Source: Crocosphaera subtropica ATCC 51142 (GTDB lineage Bacteria; Cyanobacteriota; Cyanobacteriia; Cyanobacteriales; Microcystaceae). Taken from it: 32,000 nucleotides of DNA. Position numbers and translations under genes: made by a program. Numbering within the stretch: position 1 is the stretch's first letter; each line of letters begins with the position of its first letter. Positions 24,017 through 32,000 of the stretch are shown here, piece after piece. Below the pieces are notes generated by a model, which saw only the letters and a program-made list of their open reading frames with translations, was not told the origin of the DNA and searched no databases. Location: assembly GCF_000017845.1 (NCBI RefSeq), contig NC_010546.1, positions 2,370,001-2,402,000 of the forward strand. The letters are read 5' to 3'.

Positions 24017-24241
24017 ATGCTTATCATTTCTTTAATTACTTTAGCAATTGCTTCAGTGTCTGCTTTTTTAAGCTTTAACCTAAAAGAGGATGTCGTGAAA
24101 GTTTCTATGGGATGTGTTGCTGTGCTATCCTCTCTGTTAACTCTCCTGGTTGCTCCTTGGATTTTGAAGTTGAGTATTGTAGCGATTCCCTTAGTGATTG
24201 ATCGATTGAATAACCTTAGCACTGAAGAATCTCCTAATTAA
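24017..24241 (+). CDS. Small hypothetical membrane protein (two hydrophobic helices)
   Basis: 74 aa (MLIISLITLAIASVSAFL..., CVAVLSSLLTLLVAPWILKLSIVAIPLVI). Codon choice (att x6, tta) fits the genome better than the overlapping 113-aa minus-strand ORF. The strand assignment is still uncertain. Confidence 0.35.
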   Translation: MLIISLITLAIASVSAFLSFNLKEDVVKVSMGCVAVLSSLLTLLVAPWILKLSIVAIPLVIDRLNNLSTEESPN

Positions 24242-24305
24242 ACCCACCTAACCGTTAGGTCAATTCTCATCTTGGTCTTCTCATAACTTCACGAAGCAAC
24301 TTACT

Positions 24306-24935
24306 TTAAAAGTGATAGGCTTTGTGAGTCTCAGGGTCAAACTTAAACCGTTTCGAGGCATGAGTATCTCCATAAAGATTCAAAGTAACAGTTGGTTCAT
24401 TGCCTGTCGCTTCAACACAATGTATAGCCTCTGTTGTAAAACTAATAATATCCCCTGTTTGAAAAACTTGCTCACCCACTTTTTCGATATTTTGGGGATA
24501 TTCTGATGTGGGGACAGGTTTCCAAAACGTATTGTTTTGTTGTCCTTGTAAGGTAGCCACAACCCCCCAGGTTCCGTGGTTATGGATAGTTGTGCAAGTT
24601 CCTGGTAACATAATCTCCGTTTGTAGGGTTAAAGGATATCCAGGTTCATCGTAGAGTAACTTAACCTCGGTTCCTGTTGCTGTAGAAGGGGTAGGAATCT
24701 CTTGACTTATCCAATAAACATTTAATAGTAACTTCCGTACCAAACAACGCAAGGTAGGAAGATACTCTGTTTCTGGTTGTTGACTCATTTCTGCTTCATT
24801 AATCACATCATCTAATTCTGTCAAGAAGCGATGCAGTCGATAGGATGTGGTTGCACTTAATAAGTCCCACTGTCGAGGGGAGGGAAAAGATAGACATTCC
24901 CCATCATCTTGAATCAACCAATCTTGTTGTGGCAT
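24306..24935 (-). CDS. Cupin-fold metalloprotein, cysteine-dioxygenase-type family
   Basis: 209 aa with the IHNHGTWGVV metal-binding motif, followed by GDIISF...AIHCV, typical of this cupin group. Confidence 0.75.
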   Translation of the reverse strand: MPQQDWLIQDDGECLSFPSPRQWDLLSATTSYRLHRFLTELDDVINEAEMSQQPETEYLPTLRCLVRKLLLNVYWISQEIPTPSTATGTEVKLLYDEPGYPLTLQTEIMLPGTCTTIHNHGTWGVVATLQGQQNNTFWKPVPTSEYPQNIEKVGEQVFQTGDIISFTTEAIHCVEATGNEPTVTLNLYGDTHASKRFKFDPETHKAYHF

Positions 24936-25136
24936 ATAATTATTACTCCATAAACAGCCAAACCCTATAGTTTAAACTTGATTCAATCCTAGTAACCAAT
25001 CATAGGCTAAAATAGCTGAGGATTTAACCAAAGTTCAATGAAATTTAACTTTTCTTGACCATTAACCTCAATTCCGTGTCAAGGGGTCACAGAGTAGAGT
25101 TATAATATTTTAAATGTAAGGTGAGCAATAAAACCT

Positions 25137-25613
25137 ATGGAAAATAAGCAAGAACAAGCTAAAAATAAAGCTATTCAGCAAGAAATTTTAGCAGGACGTA
25201 AATTTTCTCTTGCTGAAGCCATCGGTAGGGAAGGAGGAGACTTTTTAAAAGGGGAATCTCCTGTACCTAAATTTGTGCAAGCTATCACAGAAATCAATAC
25301 ATTTATTGCTCTAAATTTACAGGATTCATCAGGGGCATTGCAAGTCATTTTACAGACATGGGTAAAAGGAGATGAGAGAGGGGTGAGTCAAAATTTAGAC
25401 AGTCCTTTACAGGGTTTAAAACAACTGCTAGATAAGATTTTAAGTAATTCTGAGTTATTTTATGAATTAGTTAGACAAGTTGACTTTAAATGGGGGCAAA
25501 TGTACGATGAGCGTCCTTATTTTCAATCTCCAGGAGAAAAGCCTCATCCTAACGATGAATATAGCCATGAATTGGTAGAAGAAAAGTTGAAAAACTTATT
25601 AAGCAAAATATAA
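25137..25613 (+). CDS. Hypothetical protein
   Basis: 158-aa ORF with good codon usage, divergent from the cupin gene. No recognisable motif. Confidence 0.65.
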   Translation: MENKQEQAKNKAIQQEILAGRKFSLAEAIGREGGDFLKGESPVPKFVQAITEINTFIALNLQDSSGALQVILQTWVKGDERGVSQNLDSPLQGLKQLLDKILSNSELFYELVRQVDFKWGQMYDERPYFQSPGEKPHPNDEYSHELVEEKLKNLLSKI

Positions 25614-25682
25614 TACCTGTGAGGGAAATATTTTTTAGAACAAATAAAACAGATTCTGCTCAATATTTTTTCTATTTCAGTA

Positions 25683-25755
25683 TGGAGCTAAGCGGACTCG
25701 AACCGCTGACTTTCACAATGCCATTGTGACACTCTACCAACTGAGTTATAGCCCC
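25683..25755 (-). tRNA. tRNA-Ala (anticodon GGC), no encoded CCA
   Basis: The reverse complement is GGGGCTATAACTCAGTTGGTAGAGTGTCACAATGGCATTGTGAAAGTCAGCGGTTCGAGTCCGCTTAGCTCCA. It folds as a cloverleaf with a 7-bp acceptor stem carrying the G3:U70 alanine identity pair, the anticodon loop AT-GGC-AT, and a GGTTCGAGTCC T-arm. Confidence 0.95.
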
Positions 25756-25800
25756 TAGTAAAGTCCCATAGGGAACCAAATTACATAACGTGCATTAATT

Positions 25801-25830
25801 ATAATGACTCAATCTATGATGTTTTGTCAA
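25801..25830 (-). promoter_or_regulatory. Promoter candidate for tRNA-Ala (TTGACA-18 nt-CATTAT, with an overlapping TATAAT 3 nt further downstream)
   Basis: On the minus strand TTGACA is the complement of 25825..25830 and CATTAT is the complement of 25801..25806. An exact TATAAT is the complement of 25798..25803, with 21-nt spacing. The implied leader is about 38 nt. Confidence 0.35.
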
Positions 25831-25943
25831 GTCCTTAAACAAAAGATTTTCTATGGGACAGATTACGCCTCACTGACCATTGACTAAGTTAGGGAGAAAA
25901 GGACTGGATGGTTTTTTTGCTTCTAATTCGGTGTTGTTATTTT

Positions 25944-26636
25944 TTAGATTCTTTGCAATAAGTTAAGCCCATGAGTATCTGTGCCACAGGTATGATATAG
26001 TCCATAAAGATAACTAAGATTTAAGACAGTTTCCGTTTGACGAGGGCTAGTTTTCCAAGGTTTAGGGTTATTGTAAGCATAAAAAGCTTCAACCCCATCA
26101 ATCCCTAGATCAACTGCCACAGGAATCACTTTTGTAGCCGCATAAGAGTATCTTTCTGGATGGGCTAAAACCGCCATTCCTCCTGCTTGATGAATAGCAT
26201 GAATAACATGACTTGCTAAACCCTGAGTTCCTTGAGGGGATTCTCCCCAGAGATAAGGTTCAATAGCCCAATGTTCAGGATTAAAACCATAACCTAAAAT
26301 ATGAACCTCAATATCCAGTAAGCGAGAGGTGATCTCAATTCCTGTCCATAGATGGGGTAAACTCTCCCTTGAATCTTCTAGGGATCTTTTGTGAAGCCAC
26401 TTTTGAGCAATTTTATAACCTTCAACGGAATGATGATCGGTAATAGCAAGTCCTTTGAGTCCAATCCGTGTCGCTTGCTGAATCAATTGTTCGGGGGTCA
26501 GTTGGCCATCGGAACAGATGGTGTGCATATGAAAATTATACTCGTACGGACAACTGTGAGTGTTTAGTCTTGACCAGACTTCTTGTAAAGATTGAGTATC
26601 TTGAGACGATGGTTTCGTTGCATTTGAAACAATCAT
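25944..26636 (-). CDS. PHP-domain metal-dependent phosphoesterase (TrpH/YciV-like)
   Basis: It has FHMHTICSDGQLTPEQL, LAITDHHSV, a LAHPERY-like segment and GTDTHG, all typical PHP motifs. Confidence 0.85.
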   Translation of the reverse strand: MIVSNATKPSSQDTQSLQEVWSRLNTHSCPYEYNFHMHTICSDGQLTPEQLIQQATRIGLKGLAITDHHSVEGYKIAQKWLHKRSLEDSRESLPHLWTGIEITSRLLDIEVHILGYGFNPEHWAIEPYLWGESPQGTQGLASHVIHAIHQAGGMAVLAHPERYSYAATKVIPVAVDLGIDGVEAFYAYNNPKPWKTSPRQTETVLNLSYLYGLYHTCGTDTHGLNLLQRI

Positions 26637-26947
26637 AGTAGGTGATAGTAATCCGTTAAAGATTGCGATTTGTTACATATCGGTAACATTTCTAAGTATA
26701 AGCTGTTTTTACTTGATTTGGTGTGATCTATAATGCGAACTTTACACTATAAAGTTTAGTACAGTTCGTTATCGACAATCTCTAGCACCTATACAAAACC
26801 GAACACAAAATGGTACACAGTGGTAAACGTTCTGTGAAGGCAAAGGCTTGACCCCTATGATGCTAAGAGTATCAAGTACGCTTCTTGGGTAAAATTAAGA
26901 GTGGTGACACTTTCATCTTACCTGATACTGCCCTCGATTCAACTAAA

Positions 26948-27649
26948 TTACTCAATACGAATAATATCTTTTAACCCTAGAAAATTATAGCGATTAATCA
27001 ATCTCATTAAAACGAAAGTGCAAATTACTAAAAAAGCAATTATTTCTAGTTTTTGTTGAGCATTTAAAGCCAAACTTGATCCCATATAAGTTAAGAAAAA
27101 AGTGGGCGGAATCATGCCAGCTAAGGTACTGCAAGAATAAATAGGTAACGAAATTCCTGCCAAACCCGAAGCATAACTAATTAAATCGAAGGAAAATAAA
27201 GGGATTAATCGTGTGATGAAAATCAAAAAACCTAGATAGACCTCTCCTTTATTTTGAGAGAAATAGAAAACTTTTCCTGTTAACTTTTTTAAAATCTTTC
27301 TTCCTAGGTTACGCCCTAAGAAATAAGCTAATAATCCTCCTAAAAATCCACCAATAACACTATAGATAGTTGCTAAAATGGGATTCCAAAGCATACCAGC
27401 AGCCATCACTAAAGGTAAAGCCGGAATATGAGAAATAACGACAGAAATAATTAAAATGCTAATATAAATCAAAGGAGCAATCCAACCAGTTTCTGCTAAA
27501 ACTTTTTTAAATTCTTCTGAGTTCGATAGATCCCAATTAATATGATGATTTCCCCACCAAGGGAGAAAAGTAGTAGCAATGAAAAATATTAATAATAATG
27601 CGTGTTTAGGTCTAAGAAAAAATGAAAACTTCTGAAACTTCTTTGACAT
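26948..27649 (-). CDS. TVP38/TMEM64 (DedA-related, VTT domain) membrane protein
   Basis: A multi-TM protein with the family-typical GxxxGxxxxxxG region (GGFLGGLLAYFLGRNLGR) and the RLIPLFSFDLISYASG motif. The start is placed at ATG 27649 (MSKKFQKF); the track starts at TTG 27679. Confidence 0.8.
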   Translation of the reverse strand: MSKKFQKFSFFLRPKHALLLIFFIATTFLPWWGNHHINWDLSNSEEFKKVLAETGWIAPLIYISILIISVVISHIPALPLVMAAGMLWNPILATIYSVIGGFLGGLLAYFLGRNLGRKILKKLTGKVFYFSQNKGEVYLGFLIFITRLIPLFSFDLISYASGLAGISLPIYSCSTLAGMIPPTFFLTYMGSSLALNAQQKLEIIAFLVICTFVLMRLINRYNFLGLKDIIRIE

Positions 27650-27894
27650 TTTTCTTAACCTGATCGAAATACTTAACAATTTTAAAACAAAATTCTTATA
27701 TATATTGTCCCATAATATACTTAATTGAACAGTCGGTAATTATACTTAATAATAGTGCGAATGTAAGCATAAAAAAATGAAACAATCTCTATTAATGGCT
27801 CAAACTTATTTAAAACGACTATAAGTTTTTCATAAAAAATAGGCAAACCATGACAAGTCTACCTATTTAAAAGAGTCTAAAAGTGTCTTGAAAA

Positions 27895-29709
27895 TTAAGC
27901 AGGATAAATGCGTAATCGACGGTTAGGTTCCTCTCCAAAACTATCAGATTGTAAACGGTAATGTTCTACTAATTCGTGCTGCATTTTCCGAACTTTAGGC
28001 GATCGCGGTAATAATTCCACGGGTTGACCTTTAGGGAGTACAATCTGTTCTACGGCGAGTCTCGCCTCTTCTAACGCCTCCAACTCATCATCATTGCTGC
28101 CACGGGTAAACAGCCGTAAATCAGCCGTTTCAGGGGTTTTTGCCTCGTCCATTCCTAACAATCGTTGCAACGTGCGAGTAATTTGGGGAATCGTATTAGA
28201 TTTGACCCCATGTATAGGAACTTGACGGGCTTTTGCCACCTGACGTAACTTAGATTGATTTTTCAAATGCGATCGCAATGCCACCACCACATCCGCACTA
28301 TCTAAGTCTTTGGTTAAAACAATGGGCAAATTCAGCACCTCGATCACCTGTTCCAACTGCGATCGCCCGATACCATAGGGATAAATATACACAGGAAAAT
28401 CCTCCCCATTGGGACCAGGAACCCTGACTTTATCGCCTTTGGGTTCTGGTTGACACCACGAAGCATCTAAAAGACGGTCAAACTCTGAGGCAGAGCTTAA
28501 CTTATTGCCTTTTTTCGACCCGAATGGACTCACAGGGGTCATTTTACCCGACGCACGCCATCCTTTAGGCTGTTGTATCATTTGTCCTGTTCCCCGTCCA
28601 AAACTAGCAGGGTTAGGGGTTTGATCCGGTTCTTCTTGGGTAATTTGGACTTCCCCATTTTCATCCACTGTCCTCGTTTGGGGGTTAGGTTCCCCATTCC
28701 GTAGTAAGATGTCGATAGTATAAGCCACATCTTCATGAACCACCCATTTTTGCCGTTCTAACATTTCGATGGCAATTTCAAAGGTAGGAGGGGCTTTACG
28801 CTCTAAAACGGTTTTTTGTGACCCTCGTCGTCTGGCTTCATCATCCCCCAACGTCACCGCTTGAATACCCCCCACTAAATCGGAAAGGGTGGGATTTTTC
28901 ATTAAATTTTCGATACGATTACCGTGAGCGGTTCCCACTAACTGCACCCCTCGTTCAGCAATGGTACGGGCAGCTAAGGCTTCCAATTCCGTGCCAATTT
29001 CATCGATAACAATGACTTCAGGCATATGGTTTTCTACCGCCTCAATCATTACCTTATGTTGTAACTCAGGTGTCGCTACTTGCATCCGTCTGGCGCGACC
29101 AATGGCCGGGTGAGGTATATCTCCGTCACCAGCGATTTCGTTAGAGGTATCGATAATCACCACTCGTTTATCAAAATCATCGGCCAAAACCCTAGCAATT
29201 TCCCGTAAGGCGGTGGTTTTACCCACACCAGGACGACCTAATAAGAGCAAAGATTGACCCGTCTCCACCAAGTCCCGAATCATCGAAATGGTACCAAAAA
29301 CAGCCCGTCCCACCCGACAGGTTAAACCGATAATATCTCCCGTTCGGTTACGAATGGCACTGATACGGTGTAAAGTGCGTTCGATTCCGGCTCGATTATC
29401 ACCGCTAAAAATTCCCACTCGTTGAATACTGTATTGTAGATCAGAAGCAGAAACTGGATTTTCGCCTAAATAGATAGCTTCCCCAGGAAAACGGGCTTCT
29501 GGCAGTCGTCCTAAGTCCATGACCACTTCGACTAAGCGATCGCAGTTAGGATGGTCTTTGATCTGGTTGCGAATGCTTGAGGGTAAAATATCGAGCAGTT
29601 TACTAAGGTCATCGGTAATCTGCATCCGTTGAGATAAGGCTTTTTTGGGTATAGATGGCACTGTTATGGATGATGGATTTAAAAAGTTATTTGTTTTGGG
29701 ATTTAACAT
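27895..29709 (-). CDS. AAA+ ATPase (SpoIIIAA/ycf45-like) with a C-terminal R3H nucleic-acid-binding domain
   Basis: It has Walker A GRPGVGKTT and Walker B VIVIDEIG. The C-terminus RKMQHELVEHYRLQSDSFGEEPNRRLRIY fits the R-x3-H (R3H) motif. Confidence 0.9.
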   Translation of the reverse strand: MLNPKTNNFLNPSSITVPSIPKKALSQRMQITDDLSKLLDILPSSIRNQIKDHPNCDRLVEVVMDLGRLPEARFPGEAIYLGENPVSASDLQYSIQRVGIFSGDNRAGIERTLHRISAIRNRTGDIIGLTCRVGRAVFGTISMIRDLVETGQSLLLLGRPGVGKTTALREIARVLADDFDKRVVIIDTSNEIAGDGDIPHPAIGRARRMQVATPELQHKVMIEAVENHMPEVIVIDEIGTELEALAARTIAERGVQLVGTAHGNRIENLMKNPTLSDLVGGIQAVTLGDDEARRRGSQKTVLERKAPPTFEIAIEMLERQKWVVHEDVAYTIDILLRNGEPNPQTRTVDENGEVQITQEEPDQTPNPASFGRGTGQMIQQPKGWRASGKMTPVSPFGSKKGNKLSSASEFDRLLDASWCQPEPKGDKVRVPGPNGEDFPVYIYPYGIGRSQLEQVIEVLNLPIVLTKDLDSADVVVALRSHLKNQSKLRQVAKARQVPIHGVKSNTIPQITRTLQRLLGMDEAKTPETADLRLFTRGSNDDELEALEEARLAVEQIVLPKGQPVELLPRSPKVRKMQHELVEHYRLQSDSFGEEPNRRLRIYPA

Positions 29710-29783
29710 AATTTAGCGAGCTTCGTCAAGATATTGAGTATGAGTTCGGCGTTTATTATCTTCCTTATCTTTTCCCATTCTTC

Positions 29784-30860
29784 TTAGTTGATCACACTGT
29801 CTATTGTTAACCTCTCTTTTATGGGTGAAACCAAAGAATGGGCAGTGTCCACCGCTTGCCAGAATAATTCTGGGAAATCAGTTACATGGGATGACAGGGC
29901 TTGTGCTTCTATAGTTTCTAAAAAAGGGGATATTAAAGTGCGAGCATAACTACCATAGGCAACCCCTGCTATGGTGGAGCGGGGGGATAATCGAGGTTGT
30001 AATAAACCCAATTCTTTTAATTTGGGGACTGTATGATGGTTCGTTCCTCCTGCGAGTTGCACCCATCCGGGTAAATCAGCGTTTAACACTTTTTTACCGA
30101 GTCGAATGGCGGCGTGGGTGGTTCCTTTGCCAATATCTCCACTCATGGGACGACCATCGGTTTGCCAGATTAATTCGCAGGGTAAGGGGGAAATGATCTG
30201 ATAAAGGGTTTGTAAATAATTAATTAACCCTTCCCCGTCAGGACAGCTAATGGCCAGAAGTTTCAGTTGTTTGACTCCAGGATATAATTGTTGCCACAGT
30301 TGCTTAAATTGTTTTTCTCGTCCTACTTGGGTATGAATTTCGACGGCATCTATACAGTTATTTTGGATCAACGGTAGGATGGTTTTTGGCGTAATTATCT
30401 GCGATCGCGTTTCAATTAAATTTAAAGGACAAATCGGTAAACAACGGCCACAACCGTAACATCGTTGTTCTATAATTCCTGAAGCATCAATAGCTTGTGC
30501 TGGACAAATCCACTCGCAGGGACGTAAACAATCAGCAGGACATAAGGTTTGATTGAAATAGGCTTTACGAAAGTGGGGATCTTGTCCATCGTTTAAACTC
30601 ACCATTAGTAAGGGTTTATTTATTTGGGGATATCCTTTATTTTCCGCGATTTTTGCCCATTTCATCCCTAGATTTATTCCTTCAGTCCCTGCATTGATAA
30701 CTGCCGGATCAGCAGCGACATCGATACAGTCGGCACCAGCTAAAGTGTAAATTAGGGACAGATGACGAATGGCTGGCAAGTCTTGGAAACTTGCGCCACA
30801 GATTAGTTTGAACCATTGTCCTCTCTTCAGAGAGGCTAAAGGGGATAATAAATCATTCAC
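29784..30860 (-). CDS. ldpA: LdpA-type Fe-S protein (light-dependent period modulator of the circadian input pathway)
   Basis: The N-terminus LKRGQWFKLICGASFQDLPAIRHLSLIYTLAGADCIDVAADPAV matches my recollection of LdpA. There are two Cys clusters (CPADCLRPCEWICP and CYGCGRCLPICP). It is adjacent to the R3H gene. Confidence 0.8.
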   Translation of the reverse strand: MNDLLSPLASLKRGQWFKLICGASFQDLPAIRHLSLIYTLAGADCIDVAADPAVINAGTEGINLGMKWAKIAENKGYPQINKPLLMVSLNDGQDPHFRKAYFNQTLCPADCLRPCEWICPAQAIDASGIIEQRCYGCGRCLPICPLNLIETRSQIITPKTILPLIQNNCIDAVEIHTQVGREKQFKQLWQQLYPGVKQLKLLAISCPDGEGLINYLQTLYQIISPLPCELIWQTDGRPMSGDIGKGTTHAAIRLGKKVLNADLPGWVQLAGGTNHHTVPKLKELGLLQPRLSPRSTIAGVAYGSYARTLISPFLETIEAQALSSHVTDFPELFWQAVDTAHSLVSPIKERLTIDSVIN

Positions 30861-31005
30861 TCTTCTATGCTAATAGTTTTAACTAAGGATTGTGAGATTT
30901 TTCTTTGGGATTAACTGTGTTTGGGTTACTGCTCAAATATTTACTGGTTACATAATACAACATATTACAAAAATAATTCAATTATCAAGAAAATAATGGT
31001 ACGGC

Positions 31006-31578
31006 TTAAGACGGCGATCGCTTGTTGGGGGTTAATATTTCTTTAATTGCTGCGATCGCCAAACAACTAATACCTCCTAATTCTAATATCCAGTTAAGAC
31101 GAATTCCTCCTAATTCCCACCCTAATAACCGATCAACATGATGAAATGAAGTCGCTCTAATAATAATAAAAACCAACAAAAAAATAAGACCTAATAAGGG
31201 TAAAATAAATTGTTTTACTTTTGTTCCCATCCATTGCATTATAAACATAAAACTTGCACTACTAATGGCAACTAATCCGATGATAAAATCCCTTTGAACA
31301 AAACGTCTTTTTTCATACCATCCTTGTTTTATTGCTATTTTTTTACCCATTATCGTGAACCAAGATTGTAGGTCTAGTTGTTTATTAATTCCTAGTATGA
31401 GTAAAAGTAAAGATAATGCCCACCAAATCCAATGACTATTTTTCTTTTTCTGTCCACATTTGAAACATAAAATAGCTGTTATAAAATAACCCAAAACTGT
31501 TAGCCATCCCATAATAGTCGGATCGCCAATTCCAGGTTTCCAATTATTGCCTGAAATCATAAGTCCGTATTGTATCAT
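31006..31578 (-). CDS. Hypothetical integral membrane protein (about 5 TM helices)
   Basis: 190 aa with repeated hydrophobic segments. No family recognised. Confidence 0.6.
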   Translation of the reverse strand: MIQYGLMISGNNWKPGIGDPTIMGWLTVLGYFITAILCFKCGQKKKNSHWIWWALSLLLLILGINKQLDLQSWFTIMGKKIAIKQGWYEKRRFVQRDFIIGLVAISSASFMFIMQWMGTKVKQFILPLLGLIFLLVFIIIRATSFHHVDRLLGWELGGIRLNWILELGGISCLAIAAIKEILTPNKRSPS

Positions 31579-31913
31579 TATTTTTTATAGTAATAATTAT
31601 ATTAAATTAAATCATTAGCAAATATCATAAGTGATAGAATTCAATATTAACTATTCACTGATGAATGGGTAACTGAGAAGTTTTTTCTGAATTTTGTTGG
31701 TATCATTCTTAATGAGTTGATTAACTTATTAAAAAAATCTTAAAAATGGTTTATGCTGAAGATCAACAGCCAACTGTAGTATCATAGTTAGACTATTATC
31801 ATAATAATGACTCATATTTCTACTATGTTAGGGTTGAAAGCAAATTTTTAACCTTGGTTCATGGTTGTAACATATTTTAACTTGTTGATCTTCATAAATA
31901 AATACAAATTTGA

Positions 31914-32000
31914 ATGAATTTTATCTTAGTTTTTGGGTTACTTGTAGCAGGACTGGTCTTATTAGTAGTTGGGGCAGAAATTTTAGTAAGAGGGGCTGCT
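31914..32000 (+). CDS. Ca2+/cation antiporter (CaCA family). Only the N-terminal 29 codons are present because the gene runs off the right edge.
   Basis: ATG 31914 gives MNFILVFGLLVAGLVLLVVGAEILVRGAA. The ...GAE-LVRGA pattern is typical of the first TM/alpha-1 region of YrbG/NCX-like antiporters. Confidence 0.6.
   Translation, partial: MNFILVFGLLVAGLVLLVVGAEILVRGAA

Noticed and set aside
23881-24222. 113-aa minus-strand ORF overlapping the 74-aa membrane ORF. It has a GTG start with AGGAG 8 nt upstream.
   Set aside because: Its codon usage is atypical for this genome (several AGG and ATA codons, and C-ending Phe and Asn codons). The protein has no recognisable features. The plus-strand ORF encodes two clean TM helices. 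This is not fully excluded because of the good SD; see the finding at 23795..23881.
25614-25943. tRNA-Ala as an integration site for a genomic island or prophage.
   Set aside because: No integrase, no direct repeat of the tRNA 3' end, and no phage-like genes are visible on either side. The flanking genes are ordinary conserved cyanobacterial genes.
31579-31913. A CRISPR-like word (GTTGAAAGC) and an 8-bp inverted pair (GATCAACA / TGTTGATC) in the 335-bp gap before the antiporter gene.
   Set aside because: The word occurs only once and there is no repeat-spacer periodicity. The 8-bp pair is 120 nt apart in very AT-rich DNA, which is compatible with chance.

Overview
This is a cyanobacterial chromosomal segment. 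It is AT-rich, and the octamer GCGATCGC (HIP1) occurs at least 20 times by eye. Degenerate heptamer tandem repeats (STRR-like) are also present. Gene content resembles a unicellular Cyanothece/Crocosphaera-type organism, which is inference only. The window is mostly conserved housekeeping and redox genes. From the left edge they are hoxE-hoxF-hoxU (diaphorase half of the bidirectional [NiFe] hydrogenase), two tandem Uma2/DUF820 nuclease-fold genes, a short catalase-related haem protein, a ho2-hemN pair, an orphan Dam-type methyltransferase, sufE and fur. Next come a compact PBP4-like peptidase, mtnA, a very AT-rich sulfotransferase, a 970-aa Ski2/HelY-like helicase, a sigma-70 factor and an alpha/beta hydrolase. 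The right half holds an AKR-ferredoxin fusion, a DUF151 nuclease, ribE, a cupin, tRNA-Ala(GGC), a PHP phosphoesterase, a TVP38 membrane protein, an AAA+/R3H (ycf45-like) protein, ldpA, a membrane protein and the start of a Ca2+/cation antiporter. I see no CRISPR array, intact mobile element, prophage or recognisable multi-gene defence or biosynthetic cluster. I therefore cannot support a clear novel system. The items most worth a second look are listed below.
- A 140-nt, 55% G+C island with nested complementarity sits beside a decayed IS701-like transposase remnant (20174..20460).
- Two divergent Uma2 nuclease genes lie in tandem.
- Three AT-rich, HIP1-free, probably acquired genes are present (Dam methyltransferase, sulfotransferase, Uma2 pair).
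- The PBP4-like protein lacks the usual domain insertion.
- The short catalase-related protein is divergent from ho2.
- sufE and the fur unit converge with no terminator between them, which suggests an anti-fur transcript.
- Three perfect 9-bp inverted repeats are associated with promoter-like elements.
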